From the IMG/VR virus record IMGVR_UViG_3300035490_000346, positions 1 to 62,625 of that record: 62,625 nt of DNA. One strand, given 5' to 3'. Both the position numbers and the translations under genes were made by a program. Of the stretch, positions 18,702 through 29,000 are shown in pieces. The DNA comes from a virus. Taxonomy: Duplodnaviria > Caudoviricetes. Under the pieces are notes generated by a model. That model saw nothing but the letters and a program-made list of their open reading frames with translations, searched no databases and was not told where the DNA came from. The first letter of the stretch is position 1; the number at the start of each line of letters is the position of its first letter.

Positions 18702-20021
18702 CTATGCCTCTATCCTCCCGAAGGTTACCGTCCTGCCGATGGGCACCTCGACCGTGTTCTCCCAGGGCTCGCGTCCGGGCAGGGTCTCCCTGGCATCGAA
18801 GAGCGGCTCCCCGTCCCCCCTCGGGTGGTGGGGGTCGAGGCCCTGGTCGGGGTTGTCCCTTACCACAGGGTTGTAGAGCGTGGGCAGGCCCGTGTTGATG
18901 GGGATAAGGTAGCGGGTGTCGCCGGGCTTCAGCAGCTCGGTGTCGAAGTCCTGCTGGAGGAGTATCCCCCTGGGCATCTTCGAGGTTACTCCGTGGATAA
19001 TCAGCCTGTCCCCGTTCCTCCTGACGATGAGGTCTCCGTCCTGCACGATGGGGGTGTTGGTCAGGTAGCTGCGGCTCTCCCTGGCTGCCTTTATGCCCCC
19101 TCCCTCGTCCAGCTCGCGCACCAGGGCGGTGTCCGGGGGCACGTACAGGATGTCGTAGGGGCCGTAGTACCCCCCCACTATCCCGACCTCGAAGCACGAC
19201 TTGCAGCCATGGCGGGGGGCACCGAGGCCGGACTCCGGGCGGGTGCAGCCGCAGGGCTCCCCCCTCGTCCGCCTGAACAGGATGTAGGCCGGCTCCCCTA
19301 CCTGCTCGAATATCCAGTGGTTGCGCCTTACCATCTCGGCGTACTCCCAGGTCATGCTGTCCACCTCCTGGGTGTTCACTACCCTCGTGCCGGGAGCGCC
19401 GGGCGCATGAAGCTCCCCGTGGTCCCCGACAGGCACGATGGTATAGAACTGCCGGACCATGGAGGTATAGATGTCCACGTAGTTCTCCAGGCGCTTGTAG
19501 GTCACCTCGAACTTCTGTATCCCGGAGTAGTCCACCACGCTGACATTCTCCGTGTAGACCTGGGCCTGGTCCGAGACCGCCCCTCCCCTCGGGAGGTCGT
19601 TGTCGGCCGGCAGGTAGACGGCATAGTCGAGGGGCACCACGGCTATGGGGCGTACCTCCACGGTCTCGTTGGAGGGGGTAGTCAGGACGACCCTGACGTC
19701 ATCGGGGCTGGTGGCCAGCTTTGGCCGTGCCGCCACGATGTCGGAGTAGGGTGCCTCGGGGAGCCGAAACCTCCACGTGCCCATCGTCCCCCTGTCAATC
19801 CAGTCCCCCGGCCTCACCTCGTAGGTCACCTCCTCCAGGGCCGCCTGGTCCCTCCAGAAGTGCCCCTTCCATGCCCCTCCCCGGTTCAGCCTCTTCCAGT
19901 TGCTCGGGTAGTCGTGCGCCCTGTAGATATTGTACCCTTTCGTTGCCTCGGGGTCGTCTATCCACCAGAGGTCGCGGCTCCCCACATAGCTGGAGTTAAG
20001 GACGAGAATCTCGTTTACCAT
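18702..20021 (-). CDS. Neck/head-closure-type virion protein with a Zn-binding segment
   Basis: GYNIYRA; GEP....R...G..C.C...C..CF..G..GGY; late motif upstream. Confidence 0.6.
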   Translation of the reverse strand: MVNEILVLNSSYVGSRDLWWIDDPEATKGYNIYRAHDYPSNWKRLNRGGAWKGHFWRDQAALEEVTYEVRPGDWIDRGTMGTWRFRLPEAPYSDIVAARPKLATSPDDVRVVLTTPSNETVEVRPIAVVPLDYAVYLPADNDLPRGGAVSDQAQVYTENVSVVDYSGIQKFEVTYKRLENYVDIYTSMVRQFYTIVPVGDHGELHAPGAPGTRVVNTQEVDSMTWEYAEMVRRNHWIFEQVGEPAYILFRRTRGEPCGCTRPESGLGAPRHGCKSCFEVGIVGGYYGPYDILYVPPDTALVRELDEGGGIKAARESRSYLTNTPIVQDGDLIVRRNGDRLIIHGVTSKMPRGILLQQDFDTELLKPGDTRYLIPINTGLPTLYNPVVRDNPDQGLDPHHPRGDGEPLFDARETLPGREPWENTVEVPIGRTVTFGRIEA

Positions 20022-20026
20022 TGCCC

Positions 20027-20051
20027 CCTACTGATAAAGGGGCTGGTAGTC
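20027..20051 (-). promoter_or_regulatory. Class L promoter motif
   Basis: GACTA-N8-TTTATCAGTAGG. Confidence 0.65.
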
Positions 20052-20063
20052 CTCCCGCCCGCA

Positions 20064-20111
20064 GAATCCCGCCAGAGGCGGTGTATCCTGGTGTATACTG
20101 TAGGTGGAGGG
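20064..20111 (+). promoter_or_regulatory. Class E promoter + RBS
   Basis: GAATCCC-N10-GTGTATCCTGGTGTATACTGTAGGTGGAGGG. Confidence 0.85.
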
Positions 20112-20115
20112 CAGC

Positions 20116-20331
20116 ATGGACTTCAAAAATAACATGGTCAAGGGCATGGAAGACAACCCGATGGGCATCCCCGAGTACGAGTATACGGTAAGGGTCAGGG
20201 TCCGGGCCATCCGCCAGTCCGACGCCGACTACCTGGCGGAGGACATCGCAGAGGGCCTCGCCCGCAGCACCAAGGGCCTCAGCACGGCCTCTGTCTGCTC
20301 CGCGCAGGTCACCGAGGCCAGGAAGCTGTAA
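20116..20331 (+). CDS. Hypothetical protein
   Basis: Own promoter and RBS. Confidence 0.7.
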   Translation: MDFKNNMVKGMEDNPMGIPEYEYTVRVRVRAIRQSDADYLAEDIAEGLARSTKGLSTASVCSAQVTEARKL

Positions 20332-20379
20332 GAATCCTGCCCATATCCGTGTATCCTGATGTATACTATAAGCGGAGGG
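20332..20379 (+). promoter_or_regulatory. Class E promoter + RBS
   Basis: GAATCCT-N10-GTGTATCCTGATGTATACTATAAGCGGAGGG. Confidence 0.85.
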
Positions 20380-20389
20380 AAAAAAGATC

Positions 20390-21394
20390 ATGGCAAAAGC
20401 AGCAAGGACCGTAGCGGATATCGCCAGCCAGCTCAGCGCTGTGCTCAAACCGCAGCCCGCCAATGCCCCCCAGGCCGCCCCCAAAGAGAAGGTCTATGTC
20501 AGCAAGGCAACATGGACCGGCACTATCTCGGTCGCCCCTGGCCTTGCCTTTAAGGCGAAGCTCTACAAGGCCACCAACGACCCCACGGAAGGCTTCAAGT
20601 CCAACATGGTACACCAGTGCTCCGCCGCCGCCAATGACGGGACCGTGGAGTACTCGCAGCTAAAGCAGGGCAGCATGAAGTGCTCCGTGTGCGGCGTCGA
20701 TGTCCCCAAGGAGAGCGTCCAGAAGGGCATCCCCAATGGCGATGGCACCTTCACCATCATCAGCGATGACGAGAAGAAGTCCTGCATGGTCCGCTCCGAG
20801 GGCGAGATGCAGGTCCTCCGCCTTGTCCCCTCCCGCGATGTTGACCCTATCTACTTCGACGGCGCGTCCGAGTTCCTGGGGCCCGAGAAGGGTGCCGAGA
20901 AGTTCTATGTCGGGCTGCGCAAGATGCTCGGCAAGGGCCTTGTAGCCCTCGCCGTGAACGTCCAGCGCGGGCAGGAGTACATGCTGGTCCTCCGCCCCTA
21001 CGGCAAGGACGGCATCATCGCCAACTACATCCGCCGCGAGCACGAGGTCCGTGCGTGCGACAAGTTCCCCATGGTCGCCCTGAGCCAGCAGGAAGAGGGG
21101 CTCTTCTCGCAGCTAGCCGATGCCCTGACGGGCAGGTTCGACACCGAGGAGTTCCCTGACACCTACGCCAGCAACCTGCGCGGGCTTATCGTTGCCAAGC
21201 AGTCCGGCACCGCTGCCCCCGTGGTCGAGAAGCAGGCCCCCGCCGCCGTGGCGGTTGACCTGATGGCGGCCCTCCAGGCATCCATCAACGCCGCCAAGGC
21301 GAAGCAGGGCGGCCAGCCTGTCGCCGTTGCCGAGCAGCTTATCGCCGAGAAGGCCGCCGAGGCCAATACCGCTGCCAAGTTCGCTATCAACTAG
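20390..21394 (+). CDS. ku: Ku DNA end-binding protein
   Basis: WTGTIS...KLYKAT, C..CG..V....VQKG, VDPIYFD, LRPYG, D.Y...LR.LI.AK, VDLMAALQAS. Confidence 0.93.
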   Translation: MAKAARTVADIASQLSAVLKPQPANAPQAAPKEKVYVSKATWTGTISVAPGLAFKAKLYKATNDPTEGFKSNMVHQCSAAANDGTVEYSQLKQGSMKCSVCGVDVPKESVQKGIPNGDGTFTIISDDEKKSCMVRSEGEMQVLRLVPSRDVDPIYFDGASEFLGPEKGAEKFYVGLRKMLGKGLVALAVNVQRGQEYMLVLRPYGKDGIIANYIRREHEVRACDKFPMVALSQQEEGLFSQLADALTGRFDTEEFPDTYASNLRGLIVAKQSGTAAPVVEKQAPAAVAVDLMAALQASINAAKAKQGGQPVAVAEQLIAEKAAEANTAAKFAIN

Positions 21395-21399
21395 GAGCC

Positions 21400-22179
21400 G
21401 TGATGAAGGCAGAGCTACTGACTCCGATAGGTATACCGAGGCTGATGGCCCTTGCCAGGGACGACAACTACGGCTTCCAGCAGAAGCACGACGGGCACCG
21501 CACGCAGGTCGAGAAGCACGGCAGCACCATAAGGACCTACAACCGGGAGGGGGAGCCCACGCAGCCCCTCCCTCCCTCCCTGCAAGGCACCCTCCTGGCA
21601 AGCGGCATCCCGGACTTCTATATCGACACGGAGCGGGTGGGCAAGCGGCTCATCGTCCTGGACGTCGTCAGCCTCCTGGGCTCCAGCCTGAGGGTCCTGC
21701 CCTACAGCAGCCGCGAGCCTATCGCCCACCAGGCGTTCGACCATGCGGGGCCGGGGGTAGAGGTCATCGGCACCGTCCTGGGGACGGGGGCCAAGCTGGC
21801 CTTCCTGGAATGGCTCATCCGCACCAGGGCAGAGGGCGTGGTCGTGCGCGACATGAGGAAGCCCTACAGGGAAGGGGATGCCTGCCAGCACTTCAAGCTC
21901 AAGTTCGTCAAGGAGTGCGATGCCGTGGTCATAGGCCCCTCCCCGGACGGCAAGGACAGCGTCCGCATAGGGCTGTACCGGGAGGACGGTACCCTGCACG
22001 AGATATCCGGGGTAAGCCTCAGGAACAAGTTCCAGGCCCAGCCCGGCGAGGTCGTGACGGTGCGCTACCTGTGCGTCACCAGGGACCTGCACATACGGGA
22101 GCCCCATCTTGTCCGCAAGCGGGACGATAAGAGGGCCTCCTGCTGCTGGCTGAGCCAGCTTACCGAGGAGCAGATATGA
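21400..22179 (+). CDS. Minimal ATP-dependent DNA ligase (adenylation + OB domains)
   Basis: QKHDGHR (KxDG), IDTE, VLDV, EGVVVR, FKLK, then an OB-like tail with R.DK. Confidence 0.85.
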   Translation: MMKAELLTPIGIPRLMALARDDNYGFQQKHDGHRTQVEKHGSTIRTYNREGEPTQPLPPSLQGTLLASGIPDFYIDTERVGKRLIVLDVVSLLGSSLRVLPYSSREPIAHQAFDHAGPGVEVIGTVLGTGAKLAFLEWLIRTRAEGVVVRDMRKPYREGDACQHFKLKFVKECDAVVIGPSPDGKDSVRIGLYREDGTLHEISGVSLRNKFQAQPGEVVTVRYLCVTRDLHIREPHLVRKRDDKRASCCWLSQLTEEQI

Positions 22180-22349
22180 CGCTGAGGGAACAGATCGAGG
22201 CTGTCGTCAGGAAGGCCAAGGCCGCGAATGCCGATGACGAGCGGAACGGCGAGGGCTCCTTCTACGTGCTCGGCTATATCGCATGCGCCCAGGACGTCCT
22301 CCGCGTGCTCGACGGGAAGACCCCGGCCAGCGCCTACTGGGAGGTATAA
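22176..22349 (+). CDS. 57-aa hypothetical protein
   Basis: Hand-translated; GAGGAG RBS; ATGA overlap. Confidence 0.55.
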   Translation: MTLREQIEAVVRKAKAANADDERNGEGSFYVLGYIACAQDVLRVLDGKTPASAYWEV

Positions 22350-22546
22350 TGGTAGCAGTCACCCACGGGAGGGCAGAGAGGCTCCCCGAGGAAGAAGTAA
22401 ACGATATCCTATGGGAGATAGCTGCGGACATCCTGGGCCCGGCTTACAGGGCGGCCTACGAGAGGCTGTACTCGCTCAAGGAGGATGTCAGGGTGCAGTA
22501 TACCCCGCCGTTCCGGCATAAGAGGAGGCCTATACCGTGTCCCTAA
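22349..22546 (+). CDS. Hypothetical protein
   Basis: TAATG overlap; GGAGG. Confidence 0.55.
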   Translation: MVAVTHGRAERLPEEEVNDILWEIAADILGPAYRAAYERLYSLKEDVRVQYTPPFRHKRRPIPCP

Positions 22547-22749
22547 CAAAGCTGCTCAGGAAGCTGGCTTTCCATGCTGCCGTGGTCATAAGCGGCACCT
22601 GTGCCATCGTCCTGCTGATGGTCAGGCTGGTTACGAAGGGGGCCATCCCTGCCCAGCGGGCGGTTGAGCTGGGGTTCTGGCTGGCCATGGTTCTTGGCCT
22701 CGTGCTCGGGCTGCTCACCGTCTTCCTTGAGGGGAAAGGGGTTATCTGA
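22537..22749 (+). CDS. Small two-TM membrane protein
   Basis: Two hydrophobic helices; AGGAGG RBS. Confidence 0.6.
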   Translation: MSLTKLLRKLAFHAAVVISGTCAIVLLMVRLVTKGAIPAQRAVELGFWLAMVLGLVLGLLTVFLEGKGVI

Positions 22750-22946
22750 TGGGCCTATTCCAGCGCTTCCTGCGCCTCTTTGCCAGGAAGAGGAAGGCAC
22801 TGCCCGACTACATCCTGTTCGCCCCCTGCCTGCGCCATGGCGTCCGCTGCCGCAGCTACGAGGAGATATACGACCCGAGCACGGGACGCCTCCGCCCCGA
22901 GATGTTGGCCATGATTCCTCCCTACGCCCTATCCCCTTACCTATAG
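22749..22946 (+). CDS. Hypothetical protein
   Basis: TGATG overlap. Confidence 0.5.
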   Translation: MGLFQRFLRLFARKRKALPDYILFAPCLRHGVRCRSYEEIYDPSTGRLRPEMLAMIPPYALSPYL

Positions 22947-22993
22947 GAATCCCGCCCGGTTTTGTGTATCCTGGTGTATACTGTAGGTGGAGG
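22947..22993 (+). promoter_or_regulatory. Class E promoter + RBS
   Basis: Shares about 30 identical bases with the 20064 copy. Confidence 0.85.
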
Positions 22994-23003
22994 GAAAAAC
23001 GTT

Positions 23004-23225
23004 ATGGCATGGCAACTACCAAACAGGAAAACCAAGAAAAGGACCCCTGTAACCAGGGACGAGAGATTCGGCAACTCCGTCGCCGAGCTTATGGATACCC
23101 TGGAGACGGTCAGGAAGAATAGCCAGAGCCTTCCTAGTGGGCTCCTGGACAAGGTCCACGGGAGGGTCGAGGACCTGACTATCCTTATCCAGAGGGCCAT
23201 CCTTATCCAGAAGGCCCTTGACTAG
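23004..23225 (+). CDS. Hypothetical helical protein
   Basis: Own promoter and RBS. Confidence 0.65.
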   Translation: MAWQLPNRKTKKRTPVTRDERFGNSVAELMDTLETVRKNSQSLPSGLLDKVHGRVEDLTILIQRAILIQKALD

Positions 23226-23815
23226 GCCTTTACCCACTCCCGCTTGACCTCCACCCAGTCCCCTGGCAGTACCTCTTCCTTCTCGCCGCAGGCGAACTGG
23301 AAGTCGGCTATGTCCGGCAGCCCGGCGAACAGCCACCTCGTCCCCAGCATGATATTGACAAGGTGGGTGCATACCACCACGTGCCCCTCCTCGGGGGCAT
23401 CGTAGATGACCTTCTTTATGCCCTCCGTCAGCCTTTCCAGGAAGGCGTTCATCGACTCCCCGCCCTTGGGGGACAGGTCCCTGCCCGCCCCCGTGGCGAG
23501 TATCCCCAGCACGTCCCTGACCTCCGACACTGGCTTGGCGTTCAGGATGCCGTAGTCGCGGGACTTCAGCCCCTCCAGCTTCTCCACCTTCAGCCCGTAC
23601 TCGTGCGCCACGGTAGTGGCGAGGATGGACGCCCTCTCCAGGGGGCTGCTGTATACCTGCCTGATGCAGCAGAACTTGGACTTGATGCTGCCCACCACCC
23701 TGGGTATCTGGGCGAACCCGTCCGGGGACAGGGGGATGTCCAGGCCCCCGCGCAGGCGGATAGGCTCCGTGTTGTAGGCCGTCTGAGTGTGGCGCAGGAA
23801 CACGATGCGTTTCAC
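23222..23815 (-). CDS. Histidine phosphatase (phosphoglycerate mutase family)
   Basis: LRHTQT, YSSPLERA, GES...F..R, VVCTH. Confidence 0.85.
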   Translation of the reverse strand: MKRIVFLRHTQTAYNTEPIRLRGGLDIPLSPDGFAQIPRVVGSIKSKFCCIRQVYSSPLERASILATTVAHEYGLKVEKLEGLKSRDYGILNAKPVSEVRDVLGILATGAGRDLSPKGGESMNAFLERLTEGIKKVIYDAPEEGHVVVCTHLVNIMLGTRWLFAGLPDIADFQFACGEKEEVLPGDWVEVKREWVKA

Positions 23816-23817
23816 TT

Positions 23818-24528
23818 CTACCCCTTCTCTAACGGTTTACAAAGAGGGCATCCTGAACTAATCTGTCCTCGGTTAACATGCCAGCGTACATGCTGGGCCT
23901 TCTTTCCGCTTCGCTCATAGCCTAGCCGCCCCGCCCTCTGTTTGGTCTGCCTAGACCCGGCCTTGCCTCCCAGTACATGAGCCTCGTGGGACAGACGGGC
24001 GGACGCCTCCTCCTTGTGCGCATCCACCCACTTTTGGCAGCCTGCGACCCGCACAGATTCGTCTTGGAGGGCACGGACGACCCTTATCTTATCCTTGGTC
24101 TCGGGCGATGTGGGGTGCCCGCCCATAACCTTCCTCCAGTGCTCCCGGAAGCTCGGCTGTGCCCACCTTTGCTTTAGGGCCTTGGTCACTTTGGCTTTCG
24201 CCGCAGGTCCGTGAGGACCGGTGAATCCCTCCCCTCCCCGGCAGATATTATAGCCGTACTCGGGGTCCTGCGACCGTAAGAACCTGATGAAGTCTTTTTC
24301 TGTCCGGTCAAGTTCGGCTTTATTCTGGATGTCGGAGCGGAGGGCGTGGATGGACCACAGTGTAGCCTGAGGATACTTCCGCATCGCATTAAAGAGGTAT
24401 GATTGCCCACCTCGATGATGTCTGGCATCTGAAAACTTAGTCTGGAGATACCTCTTTAGGTTGTTGCCTTTGTGCTGGCCCACATAGTACTTTCCGGTTT
24501 TATGGTTGACAATTAGATAGATAAACAT
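23818..24528 (-). CDS. Free-standing GIY-YIG homing endonuclease
   Basis: MFIYLIVNHKTGKYYVGQ...R...E...GYN...GGEG; NUMOD-like tail; lower GC than flanks. Confidence 0.88.
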   Translation of the reverse strand: MFIYLIVNHKTGKYYVGQHKGNNLKRYLQTKFSDARHHRGGQSYLFNAMRKYPQATLWSIHALRSDIQNKAELDRTEKDFIRFLRSQDPEYGYNICRGGEGFTGPHGPAAKAKVTKALKQRWAQPSFREHWRKVMGGHPTSPETKDKIRVVRALQDESVRVAGCQKWVDAHKEEASARLSHEAHVLGGKAGSRQTKQRAGRLGYERSGKKAQHVRWHVNRGQISSGCPLCKPLEKG

Positions 24529-24533
24529 TTGAA

Positions 24534-24561
24534 CCTCCACATATAAATACTGTGGATAGTC
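24534..24561 (-). promoter_or_regulatory. Class L promoter inside an RBS-occluding hairpin
   Basis: GACTA-TCCACA-gtatttata-TGTGGA-GG. Confidence 0.7.
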
Positions 24562-24575
24562 CAAATTTCCTGTCA

Positions 24576-25499
24576 CTAACCCAAGAGCCAGCGCTGCTGC
24601 CTGAGCCCTACGGACATGGGCCGTATGGCGGTGATGAGGGGTGCCCACTCCTGGAACTCCTGCTGGTAGCTCTGCCCTAGGCTCTGGTAGAGCTGGGACT
24701 TGTTGATGTCCAGCGATACCCCGTTCAGCGAGTAGCTGAACTCATCGGCCGCCCACCGTGCGCCCTCGGCTGTCAGGCAGGAGGACGCTGCCCCGACCGC
24801 TGCGCACTTCCCCCAGTCCCTCGGCACGTTCTCCAAGGTAAAGCTCGTTAGGTTCTTCGGGTTCCAGGTGTTGAGCTTGGCTATGGCTATGTCCAGCATC
24901 CTCAGTATGGTGGGGTCGAGCCAGATATACCCCACCCTGGTCGTGTACCCCGCCACCACCCTGCCGGGCGTGGGGGGGCGGAAGTGGTAGTCCCTGTCCG
25001 GGTTGGTGTCCGAGAGCAGCTCTCTCACGTACATGATGGCCGGGGCATACTTGTTGGTCGTCACCGGCCGCTGGGCGATGATGGCGCTGGGTGCCTCGAA
25101 GGAGGAGCTTGCCGGGTCGATGGCCTGGACGATGAAGTCCTCGAACACCCTGTTCTCCGGCTGGCCGGGGTACTGCACGATATACCATACCAGGCGGAAT
25201 ATGCCCCGCCAGAGGGTAGGCACTACCATGGGGACGAAGTACGCCCCCTGGGAGCCCCGGCAGGGCACCATCTTGGGCGGGCTGGCCAGGACGAGGTCCT
25301 TCTCCGGCAGCACCAGCATGCTGTTGGGCTGCTCCAGGTCATAGTCGTATGCCCGCTGCCCCGCCAGGGGCACCTTGTCGGTGACCTGGAATATGGAAAA
25401 GGCGATGATGGCGGGGTCTATGAGCGCCCCGTTCGAGTCCCTTACCAGGATGCCGAGGTCTCCCGGCCCCAGCTTCTTCCCCTGCGTCAAGGTAGTCAT
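24576..25499 (-). CDS. Head-tail adaptor/neck protein
   Basis: VRELLSDTNPD; FSYSLNGVSL.I; late motif and GGGGAG before ATG25499. Confidence 0.6.
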   Translation of the reverse strand: MTTLTQGKKLGPGDLGILVRDSNGALIDPAIIAFSIFQVTDKVPLAGQRAYDYDLEQPNSMLVLPEKDLVLASPPKMVPCRGSQGAYFVPMVVPTLWRGIFRLVWYIVQYPGQPENRVFEDFIVQAIDPASSSFEAPSAIIAQRPVTTNKYAPAIMYVRELLSDTNPDRDYHFRPPTPGRVVAGYTTRVGYIWLDPTILRMLDIAIAKLNTWNPKNLTSFTLENVPRDWGKCAAVGAASSCLTAEGARWAADEFSYSLNGVSLDINKSQLYQSLGQSYQQEFQEWAPLITAIRPMSVGLRQQRWLLG

Positions 25500-25506
25500 T
25501 GCTGCT

Positions 25507-25560
25507 CCCCTGCATAGGATAACGGTAGCCGAAACATGACTTTTACCCATCTCTAGTAGG
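25507..25560. promoter_or_regulatory. Divergent pair of class L motifs
   Basis: (-) GCTA-N9-TATGCAGG; (+) GACTT-N9-TCTAGTAGG. Confidence 0.55.
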
Positions 25561-25613
25561 GGCGGCCTTGCGGCAGAGGCAGCCCTGCCCCGAGGGCAGG
25601 GGGAGGAAGCAGG

Positions 25614-26012
25614 ATGGCAGTCTATACGTTCAGGTGCAGCAAGTGCAGCATAGTCCTTGAGGAGCTTATGCCGATGAAGACGGCTACCTTCGAGGACCGG
25701 CCCTGCCCGGCCAGGTGCGGGGGCACGTGCTCCTACCAGCTACGGGGGGCACCCTCCCTGGGCACGGAGGGCATGTCCAACGCGGCCTTCGACGTGAAGG
25801 TCGGGGCGGATGCCGAGAGGCGCTGGGAGAGGATTAAGGCCCGGCAGGGCAAGAGGAACAGGGTGCGCCAGGAGGCGGGGGCAGGGGCCCTGTCCGCTAC
25901 CACCCACGAGGACTGGCGGGCCGTCCCTGGGGCAAGGCTCCGGGGGCTGGAGATACCCCCTAAGGCCCAGGACACGATAGTCATACCGGCAGGGGCGGGG
26001 CAGGAAAACTGA
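25614..26012 (+). CDS. FmdB-type zinc-ribbon protein
   Basis: M.VYTFRCSKC...CPARCG. Confidence 0.75.
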   Translation: MAVYTFRCSKCSIVLEELMPMKTATFEDRPCPARCGGTCSYQLRGAPSLGTEGMSNAAFDVKVGADAERRWERIKARQGKRNRVRQEAGAGALSATTHEDWRAVPGARLRGLEIPPKAQDTIVIPAGAGQEN

Positions 26013-26075
26013 CTTCCGCCCCCCTATTAGAGAGAGAAGATTCAGGCGGCACCCTGCCGCCAAGGAGAACTGGCC

Positions 26076-29000
26076 ATGGCACTTTTCGGTTCCTACGCAC
26101 CCCCAGGGGTCTACACCTCGGTCGTCATCAGCGGAGCAGGCATACCGCTCTTCGGGAACGCCCGCATCCCTGTCATAATCGGGGAGGGCCAGGAGTTCTT
26201 CGAGCAGGACAACGTGGAGATTTTCCGTGGCTCCAGCGCGATAGCCCAGCCCTTGGTGGTGAACGAGAACATCTCGGACCAGATTACCGAGATTACCAAC
26301 GAGGCCCATACCACCTACTTCCCGGTGGTAGTGGGGGGCAATGCCGGTGGCACGGGGCCGGGGACATCCGCCATTACCGATAACCCGGCGTACCTCCAGG
26401 TGACTGACAACGGCATCCCGCTCACCGTCATCTCCCTCAAGGGGCAGACCGGTGCCTTCTACACGCAGGAGCTTATGGTGCCCGGCGACAACGTCGAGAT
26501 TACCTACTACTTCCTGCGCACCGACACTCCTATCACCAACGAGAACGAGTCTGACCAGGTCCCGAGCTATGCCGCATGGCAGGTCTACGATACCAATGGC
26601 AACTATGTGCCTGTCAGCGTCTCTCTCCCCGGCTCGACCGGCAGCAATGTCACGGTAAACGTCTTTGACGACACCCTGTCCTCCCCTGCGGGCACCGGCG
26701 TGCTCGACACGCAGGCCATCGGCGGGGCGGGCACGGATGCCATCACCTTTGACATCGCCAAGGTAGGGGGCGGGAAGCGCACCCTCGCGGACTTCTACGC
26801 CCTCCTCCAGATGAACATCCCGACCCTGGACGCGGGAACCCTGGTCGCCCTGGCCCCGGTCCTGGCAGGCTCCCCCCCGGTCCTGAGCGACATGTACCCG
26901 GCCCTCTACCAGCTCCAGGGCGGGTTCGGCCCCAGCACCAACACGGTGTTCAAGGTCGAGCATGTCCCCATCGTGGACGGCAGCGGCGGCGGCGTGGTCA
27001 CGACCGACCCGACCAAGGTCACGGCAACGGTCAATGGCAGCACCACCGTCAACCCGGTCGGGGCAGTGGACGGCCTGCATGGCCTCGTGACCCTGACCCA
27101 CCCCGTGGAGTCAGGCAGCACGCTTACCCTGAGCTACTACACCAACACCTACCAGAACACCTACGACATCATCCCGGCGAACAACGTGTCGTCCGTCATA
27201 CAGGTAGGGCTGGGCCCCAACCGGACGGACTTCATCGAGGATACTGACTATACCCTCGGCACGGACGGCAACGGGAACGACACCATCAACTGGGGCGCAA
27301 GCTCCGCGACAACGGTCGGCACCTCCACCACCGGCTATACCCCCTTCGGGCCGACCCAGATACTCACGACCGTAGTGGACGAGAGGGTGTTCCTGCGCCT
27401 CTGCACGGGGGCCAGCAGCGGCTCCAACCTAGTCTTCACGCTCCCGGACAACCCGACTGACGGCACCGGCCAGGGCAACGGCCCTGGGACCGTCACCGAT
27501 GACCCGACCAAGATACAGGTCTATGTCGGCGTCAACCCCGTGGAGGCCCTGGAGAACTACCTGCCCGGCGAGTCCGAGCGGGTCATAGCCCTCTCCGGCA
27601 GCACGAGGCACTTCACCCTCTACAAGCCCCCCCTACTGGGCCAGAACGTCTACGCCTCCTACTGGCGCAGCACCCTGAACGACCACAGCTACACGGTCAA
27701 GGTCTCCAACCCCGGCATCTCGGGGCAGGGCACCTACACCATCAACGACGAGGTCGGGAGGGTGCTCCCGGTCGTATCGTTCAATGCCGGGGCAAGCTCC
27801 GTCCACCAGAGCGGCGAGTTCGCCCAGCAGGGCATCATCTGGCCCTACAATTTCCCCGACCTGTACGACTCCCCAGGCGAGGTGGACGAGACTGTCACCC
27901 TGACCTTCCAGGACGACGGGTATACCCGTGACGTGGACCCAGGGGCGCAGTCCTACCTCACGACCCAGGGCATCCTGTTCTTCTGCACCACGCCCGGAGT
28001 CGGCGGCAATGCCATAAGCGTGGCGTTCAACACCACCGGGACCTATGGAATCACCAAGGTCGGCAACGCCATCACCTTCAACGGCGTCACCACCACCAAC
28101 CAGGTCATCACCCTGGCCGGTTCGGGCATCACCACCACCTTCGGCACCGTCCTGGCCCAGCTTGTCACCGTGGGCACCATCAGCACGGCGGCGGCCGTCC
28201 ACCTGGACGGCGGCGTTGACCCGGCCGACCCCCAGCCATACTCCCTCCGCTACCTCGTCACCTCCTCCAGCCCGGACGGGTCCAGCGGCGAGGGCTACCT
28301 CGACCAGACCTACATCGACGAGAACACAGGGCTCAAGTTCACCATCGTCAGCCCGCAGGATGCCGTCCCGGACTACGGGTGGCAGAGCGTCCCGGTCCCC
28401 TACACCTTCGAGCCGGGCGACTACCTGGTGTTCCAGGTCAGCAGCGAGCAGGTCCGCTACTCGGGGTCTACCTACTTCCCGTACAGCGATGCCCAGCCCA
28501 ACAACCTCGTCTGCATCGCCGGGCTCAACACGACGGTGGTCACCACCTTCGGTGCCAACACCGGCGACACCGCCATCATCCAGACCTTCAACAACTCCGG
28601 CAACCAGCCGGCCATCGGCGAGTACTACTACGTCTCCTTCCAGACCGAGAAGACCCCCGCCGACATGGCCATCACGCTGTACGACAGCGCCAGCAAGGCC
28701 TACTCGGCCTACGGGCAGCCCACTACCGTCAACCGCCTCAGCCTGGGCGTCCAGCTCATGACCGAGAACGGGGCGCAGCAGTTCGGCTGCATCCAGGTCC
28801 CGAAGCAGCCGGGGCTAGGCACTGCCACGGACGCCAGCTTCATAGCGGCCATCCAGACACTCGCCACGGCGCTCCCAGGCACCACCCAGAAGGCCAATGT
28901 CATCGTCCCGCTGAGCACCAGCACCTCGGTCCACCAGTTCCTCAGCCGCTTCCTCATCACCCAGGCGAACGTGAGGAACAAGGGGGAGGCCATCGGGTTC

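Noticed and set aside
20064-22993. Promoter repeats as a CRISPR array or att sites
   Set aside because: Irregular spacing from hundreds of bases to kilobases; each copy precedes an RBS and ORF; no cas or integrase gene seen
23818-24575. Group I intron around the GIY-YIG gene
   Set aside because: Flanking genes are complete and abut the ORF, leaving no room for an intron core
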